This document shows positions 6,226 through 10,526 of a stretch of 10,526 bases of DNA, piece by piece. Numbering within the stretch: position 1 is the first letter of the stretch; each line of letters starts with the position of its first letter. This DNA is from a virus (lineage: Duplodnaviria > Heunggongvirae > Uroviricota > Caudoviricetes), in the IMG/VR virus record IMGVR_UViG_2609459769_000020. One strand, given 5' to 3'. The notes beneath the pieces are model-generated. The model did not search any database. It was not told the origin of the DNA and worked only from the letters and a program-made list of their open reading frames with translations. Made by a program: the position numbers and the translations under genes.

Positions 6226-6447
6226 TTAGCTGACTTGTTTCGCACCAACAGAACGGCATATTCCGCTGTAAACTTCTGTCGCACCTTCGCGATCAAGTCC
6301 GGCAGATATCACCATTCGTGTGCGGTCATTAAATTCAAAAAGTAAATCGCCACATTCTTTATTTTCGGCCAGTGAAATCACCTTCACGTTATCGAAATTA
6401 ACCAGGTAAAAGCGTCCGTAAATATCAGGAATATTAAATACCGCCAT
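6226..6447 (-). CDS. Hypothetical small protein at the position of Mu kil (first gene after B); function not established
   Basis: Track ORF 6226..6453 begins at a GTG. An ATG at 6447 with SD AGGTG 7 nt upstream sits 2 nt after the B stop codon. The kil assignment is by position only. Confidence 0.4.
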   Translation of the reverse strand: MAVFNIPDIYGRFYLVNFDNVKVISLAENKECGDLLFEFNDRTRMVISAGLDREGATEVYSGICRSVGAKQVS

Positions 6448-6449
6448 AA

Positions 6450-7391
6450 TCACACCTGTGAGAGTAATTCAGGGTTGGTATAAACCTCTTTAAAGGCCGC
6501 ATTAATATGTTTTTCTGTCAGCGCCGCGCCTTCACCGCTGGCGGTGAGCCACGCCTGGTTAAGCGTATGTGTCAGAACGCGTAACGCTCCCGGCTTTTCA
6601 GCGATAGCCTGCATGACGGCCAGCTCGGCCTCACCACTGATCCCCCACGCCATGGCAATGGCCAGCACATCCGCCTTTTTGGCCTTGCGAAGTTGTTTTG
6701 TACGGGCAAGACGGCTGAACAGGCGCGATAAATCATCAAAGGCGCGGCGTCCACCTTTAAACAATCCGCGCGGGTTACCAATAAGCACCATCCCGATCCC
6801 CGTGGCGTCCTGAATTGCCCGGAGTTGCTCCAGACCGTCAATACCAAGATGATCCGCCTCATCCACAATCACCAGTCCACGCGTTCCCATCAGGCGACGG
6901 CGGATGGCGCGGGATAATGCCCCTTTGTTCGCGCGGGTGTAATCAATCCCCAGCGCATCGGCCAGCTCCAGCAGACACTCCGTGACGCTGGAGTGCGCGG
7001 GTGACAGGGTGATCATCCAGGTGTTTGGTTGCTCCTGGCAGTAATTACGGGCAGTGGCCGTTTTACCCACACCCGGTACGCCCACAATAACGTTAATACA
7101 GCCCATCAGGCGAACCGCCTGAAACAGTGCGCGCAGCTCCTGGACTGTCTGAGTTTCCACAAACTGCGGCGGTTCCGGCAGTGCGCTTTGTTTATTCCAG
7201 TTCTCATACCAGGAGCGCAGGGAAGCAGCCACAGCAGCGTTATCGCCTTTATATTTTCCCTTACGGAAAGCCGATAATGTGCCGTCGGAAATTCCCGCCT
7301 CTCTGGCGATGGCATACTGCGTCAGTACGCCGCCATCAATAAGTTCATCAATGGTCTTGATTACATCGTTAATATCGGTCATATTATTCAC
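6450..7391 (-). CDS. B: Mu B-like ATP-dependent target DNA activator (AAA+ transposition ATPase)
   Basis: ORF-track protein (313 aa). Walker A GVPGVGKT and Walker B LVIVDEADHL are present, and the N-terminal HTH-like segment and overall length match my recollection of Mu B (312 aa). The track start is GTG at 7391; an ATG at 7382 preceded by GAGG may be the true start. Confidence 0.85.
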   Translation of the reverse strand: MNNMTDINDVIKTIDELIDGGVLTQYAIAREAGISDGTLSAFRKGKYKGDNAAVAASLRSWYENWNKQSALPEPPQFVETQTVQELRALFQAVRLMGCINVIVGVPGVGKTATARNYCQEQPNTWMITLSPAHSSVTECLLELADALGIDYTRANKGALSRAIRRRLMGTRGLVIVDEADHLGIDGLEQLRAIQDATGIGMVLIGNPRGLFKGGRRAFDDLSRLFSRLARTKQLRKAKKADVLAIAMAWGISGEAELAVMQAIAEKPGALRVLTHTLNQAWLTASGEGAALTEKHINAAFKEVYTNPELLSQV

Positions 7392-7464
7392 CTCGCTTGA
7401 GACAGCATTCTCCGAGACTGAAACCTCAAATAACCTGAGTCACCCCTCGGGTTATTTTTTTATT

Positions 7465-9555
7465 TCAGGCCAGCGGATCACTTTCTTTTAATTTCGCTTC
7501 GAGCAGTTGCAATCCCCGCTGGAAATTACGCTCGTATTCTTCATCAGGTTCATCGTCAGCGACCGGTTGCTGAACGGTCACCGTATTACCCACAGGGCGG
7601 TATATGTTTTCCAGCCAGGGCTCCTGCGGCTTGTGCTCCAGCACGTTGACAACCTCATCCTCGGCATCACGGATTTTTTCCTCTGCGCGTTTACGCATGC
7701 CTTTAAGGCGCTGCTGCTGTTTGTAGTATTCCGCGCTGACAGGGAAGGCTTCGCGTTTATTGCCGTCCCATACCGCCTCGCAAATCACGCTGCCATCCGG
7801 GCGGCGCACGGTAATTCGTTCGGCATCATGAATGTCATAGCTGATAAGTACCTTACGGCCATGCTCGTCACGCAGCTCGGGCGCGTAGTAAATATTATTC
7901 AGCCAGCGTATTTCACAGCGTCTTACAGGGCGCTCCACCATCGGCCGGAACATATCCCGCAGTTCAACATCGGACAGCCATTCAATTTCCGTGTCCTCTT
8001 CCGCCAGGCGTTTTTTTCTGAACTCCGCCGGGCTGTAATGTTTACCGTTCGGCTTCATGGGTAATTCATCGTGCGGCCGGTTGTTGTACCACTCAACACC
8101 GTCACGAATGGCATCAATCAGTTCAGACCAGGACGGTAAATCACGCATCGCTGACTGCTGCCGGGCGTTCAGCCGTTTGCCCTGTTGCAGGGCACTGAAT
8201 GCCGAGCGTAAATCGCGGTTGGTTTTACGTAACGTCTCGCGATCTGCTCCTTTCCCGAAATAGGTGCGGTATTTACGGGCTATGCGCATCGGTAATGTGC
8301 GGTTAAGCCGTTCGATAATGCCCCGTCCCTGCGGATTACCGGCAATCCCTGTCGGGTGATTAATCCCCAGTCGTGGCAGTATCCCCACAATCTCCTTATC
8401 CAGGACGTCGGCGGTTTCCCCGGAGCCATTATCCGAGTAATACAGAAACGGTTTGCCATGATGGCGAATACCGTGCTGTATGGCACCGGCTACGGCGAAA
8501 ACATTTTCAGCCAGGTCAAGACTCCAGCCCACCACAAAGCGCGTGCCACCGTCGATAACAAAGGTCACTTCCGGTGCGAATGGCCGCCCGTGAACCGGGT
8601 GCGCGCATTTCAGCTTCATGCCGTGACCGTCACCAATCCAGACATAATTCACCGGCATTCTGGACCAGTCGCGGCGCGTGAATCCCTCAAGCTGACGGTA
8701 TTCACTGCCAGTTACCCGGCCTTTTTGTTTCACCACTTCCGGCAGTTTCTTCATTGCGCGGCGAATGGTGTCATAAGAGGGCATGATATCGAGCATATAA
8801 GGCTCATCAGCGTGCCGGTGCTGCCATTCAGCAACAAAATCCTCGTAAGCCTCGGTCATTGGTCGGCCGTTTGACTGGCGATACTGCGCCAGAAATTCGG
8901 GCAGCCAGTTAATATCTTCGGCTTTTATTTCCTGGCGTTTACCCGGTGCCAGTAAAAGCAGGCGTTCAGCGGCGTTCTGTGCCTTGTTAAAGGCCGCAAT
9001 CCAGCGTTTCAGCGTGATTTCACTCAACGCGCGGCTGTTTCCCTTTTTGGCGTTCGCCGTCTCAACCATTGCCACAATGCGCTCGTCCAGTTGTGATCGT
9101 GCCAGGCTGTTAACGAGGAACCGGATAGCCTTAGCGCAACTAAAGCCGGGTTGTTGCGCGATTTTCAGCACCTCGCTGACGATCGCTATTCGTGCCTCTG
9201 CCACTTTACGTTGGTTTTCAGTCAGGGCATTGAGGCGTTCGACCATCAGTTGGGGTGATCCGCGATATGCCTCCACCGCATCAACCACGGCAGGTGAGCG
9301 TCTGGCCTTTGTCACCACCGGAGCCGGTGATTCATCGGCTTTTTGCGTCATCAGTTGCAGGGCGTAGCGTTCACGTAATGCCTGCTGCGTCACTTCAGGT
9401 AAACAGTCGATGCTGTATTCAGTTGCTTTAGAGCCTGAGCGACGACGGGAACAACAGCTTTTCCCTTGTACGTAACGTTGTAATGCCTGGCGAATACCTT
9501 TTGTTGTAGCAGGCATTCCGGGCGCGCCAATCAGTTCTTTTGCAATGACATACAT
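7465..9555 (-). CDS. A: Mu A-like DDE transposase
   Basis: ORF-track protein (696 aa). Candidate catalytic DDE triad in the segments WIGDGHG, YYSDNGSG and GRGIIERLNRTL, with spacing consistent with the Mu A/retroviral-integrase fold. Position is immediately downstream of ner (the ner stop and A start are 1 nt apart). Confidence 0.85.
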   Translation of the reverse strand: MYVIAKELIGAPGMPATTKGIRQALQRYVQGKSCCSRRRSGSKATEYSIDCLPEVTQQALRERYALQLMTQKADESPAPVVTKARRSPAVVDAVEAYRGSPQLMVERLNALTENQRKVAEARIAIVSEVLKIAQQPGFSCAKAIRFLVNSLARSQLDERIVAMVETANAKKGNSRALSEITLKRWIAAFNKAQNAAERLLLLAPGKRQEIKAEDINWLPEFLAQYRQSNGRPMTEAYEDFVAEWQHRHADEPYMLDIMPSYDTIRRAMKKLPEVVKQKGRVTGSEYRQLEGFTRRDWSRMPVNYVWIGDGHGMKLKCAHPVHGRPFAPEVTFVIDGGTRFVVGWSLDLAENVFAVAGAIQHGIRHHGKPFLYYSDNGSGETADVLDKEIVGILPRLGINHPTGIAGNPQGRGIIERLNRTLPMRIARKYRTYFGKGADRETLRKTNRDLRSAFSALQQGKRLNARQQSAMRDLPSWSELIDAIRDGVEWYNNRPHDELPMKPNGKHYSPAEFRKKRLAEEDTEIEWLSDVELRDMFRPMVERPVRRCEIRWLNNIYYAPELRDEHGRKVLISYDIHDAERITVRRPDGSVICEAVWDGNKREAFPVSAEYYKQQQRLKGMRKRAEEKIRDAEDEVVNVLEHKPQEPWLENIYRPVGNTVTVQQPVADDEPDEEYERNFQRGLQLLEAKLKESDPLA

Positions 9556-9556
9556 A

Positions 9557-9805
9557 TCATGACGCCTTTCTCATATAGCTCTTAACCTGGTATCGACTGG
9601 GCCAGATTTCTTCAGGTGATACCCCAAGAGCATCAGCAATTATTTGCTGATACGGTCGGCAAGGAGTACGTAATACGCTTTTCAGCGAATCCCTGCTGTA
9701 ACCAGCCTTTAAAGATAAAGAGCGCAGTGATAAGCCAGCCATGTGTAAGCGCGCCTTGATGATTTCAGGCGGCCAATCGTGATCTGAAACTTCTCTTCTA
9801 CTCAT
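9557..9805 (-). CDS. ner: Ner-like DNA-binding protein (Mu Ner / E. coli Nlp family)
   Basis: ORF-track protein (82 aa) ...DWPPEIIKARLHMAGLSLRSLS...QQIIADALGVSPEEIWPSRYQ... matches the recalled Ner/Nlp pattern, including the C-terminal IWPSRY block. SD GAGGAAG upstream of the ATG at 9805. Confidence 0.8.
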   Translation of the reverse strand: MSRREVSDHDWPPEIIKARLHMAGLSLRSLSLKAGYSRDSLKSVLRTPCRPYQQIIADALGVSPEEIWPSRYQVKSYMRKAS

Positions 9806-9995
9806 ACTTCCTCTATTCTAAAAAGTTACCCGCGCGGATATTCGTGCGGATATCTGTACGGGTAAATAATGCATCACCAAAAATACCAAATCAAGGTATT
9901 TTTGGTATTTTGGCTAATTTTTGCTTTTATCCTTATTTTTCAATTGGATAAATAGAAAGAAACCTTTCCTTAGAAAAGCACCAAGAGGTATCTTT
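9806..9995. promoter_or_regulatory. Divergent repressor/ner control region (operators and promoters for early and repressor transcripts)
   Basis: A 190-nt AT-rich gap between divergent regulator genes. It contains a tandem 8-bp direct repeat GCGGATAT (9834..9841 and 9846..9853) and a perfect 12-bp inverted repeat plus a further half-site copy. A TAGAAT -10-like hexamer sits on the minus strand just upstream of the ner SD. Exact promoters were not resolved. Confidence 0.6.
9876..9906. repeat. Perfect 12-bp inverted repeat ACCAAAAATACC-N7-GGTATTTTTGGT, candidate operator
   Basis: Read directly: 9876..9887 and 9895..9906 are exact reverse complements with a 7-nt spacer. A third direct copy GGTATTTTGG overlaps at 9904..9913. 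Confidence 0.6.
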
Positions 9996-10526
9996 ATGTC
10001 GCAGGGAAAAGAACCTGTTATTGAACGTATTGGAATGCTTACAAAGCGCTACCCTTCAAGAAGTGCAGCTGCCAGAGCGTGGGGAATCAATATCAACACA
10101 TTAAACAGCTATTTCAAGGGAGGACAAACACAACCAGCCCCCAGAGAAAGTATCCTTATACGAATTTCTGAAAGTGAAGGCGTTAGTCTTGAGTGGCTTA
10201 AAGAGGGCAAGGGTGAATTACCAAACGATATTGGTATTTATGGTAATTTTGGTTGTTCTGGTGATAAGGGAGATCAGCTTACACAGATGCTTTCATTCCT
10301 TACGAAAGACGAACGAGAACAGTTAACCAATCTCCTTGCTCGCAAAGGTGTGGAGACGGTTCTGACACTGCTGAATAAAGAAAACCAGGATTTATTACAA
10401 CTAGAAGGCAGGAAGCGCCTGGCTGCGTTGATGATTGTAGATATGCCAGACGATTGCGTCAGAGAGATTTTGGAAAAAACCGAGACAAGTAGGCAATCAA
10501 ATCCGGTAGAATCTAAAGCGGGTTAG
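9996..10526 (+). CDS. Prophage repressor (functional and positional analogue of the Mu/D108 c repressor)
   Basis: The track ORF 9921..10526 has an internal ATG at 9996 preceded by SD AAGAGG, which I take as the start (176 aa, MSQGKEP...). N-terminal HTH-like segment with GVSLEWLKEGKGE, typical of phage repressors; the C-terminal helical region loosely resembles the Mu c C-terminus. Divergent from ner. The TAG stop falls on the last three bases of the window. Confidence 0.7.
   Translation: MSQGKEPVIERIGMLTKRYPSRSAAARAWGININTLNSYFKGGQTQPAPRESILIRISESEGVSLEWLKEGKGELPNDIGIYGNFGCSGDKGDQLTQMLSFLTKDEREQLTNLLARKGVETVLTLLNKENQDLLQLEGRKRLAALMIVDMPDDCVREILEKTETSRQSNPVESKAG

Larger units (their letters stand above)
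1..10526. mobile_element. Mu-like transposable prophage, left-end/early region (partial; left end of element expected beyond the right edge of the window)
   Basis: Co-linear c-like repressor / ner / transposase A / ATPase B / gam / gemA-like gene set in Mu order and orientation, with translational coupling throughout. Inferred from recalled family similarity, not a search. Confidence 0.7.

Noticed and set aside
7392-7464. GC-rich segment followed by a T-run (CACCCCTCGGGTTATTTTTTTATTT) in the A-B intergenic region, terminator-like on the plus strand
   Set aside because: It is on the wrong strand to terminate the A-B transcript and the stem is short and imperfect. At most it could terminate antisense transcription, so I did not annotate it.
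6544-7491. Plus- and minus-strand alternative-frame ORFs within the B gene (6544..6813, 6572..6868, 7029..7277, 7106..7315, 7127..7342, 7279..7491)
   Set aside because: They overlap the Walker-motif-bearing B ORF in other frames or antisense; no independent support.
7507-9367. Plus-strand ORFs of 60 to 185 aa (7507..8064, 8057..8263, 8356..8874, 8373..8558, 8984..9367) lying inside the transposase A gene
   Set aside because: They are antisense to a long, motif-supported minus-strand gene, lack SD sequences, and have low-complexity composition typical of shadow ORFs in GC-rich coding DNA.
1-10526. Search for CRISPR repeats, tRNA or rRNA genes, and integrase or att sites
   Set aside because: No regularly spaced direct repeats, no cloverleaf-like conserved tRNA blocks, and no tyrosine or serine recombinase ORF were seen. 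Consistent with a transposable (Mu-type) rather than integrase-type prophage.

Overview
This window reads as the early (left-end) module of a Mu-like transposable prophage, transcribed right-to-left on the minus strand. All identifications rest on motifs I can see and on recalled similarity to Mu, D108 and E. coli Nlp; no database search was run. From right to left: a repressor gene on the plus strand (9996..10526), a repeat-rich divergent operator region (9806..9995), a Ner-like gene, a DDE transposase A (696 aa), an AAA+ ATPase B (Walker A/B present), three to five small coupled early genes including a tandem paralogous pair, a Gam homolog, then seven tightly coupled uncharacterised minus-strand genes. 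One of these has two Myb/SANT-like repeats plus a C-terminal HTH. Further left is a comparatively AT-rich plus-strand gene of opposite orientation (951..1361), then a GemA-family gene that appears truncated at 67 aa. It is followed directly by a 46-aa overlapping ORF and the strongly supported start of a phage tail-fibre gene running off the left edge. That juxtaposition is not the canonical Mu order and suggests an internal deletion or mosaic junction. I could not assign a known defence or anti-defence system with confidence; the best candidates for novel accessory function are the opposite-strand AT-rich gene and the uncharacterised early-region cluster. No tRNA, rRNA or CRISPR array was seen.
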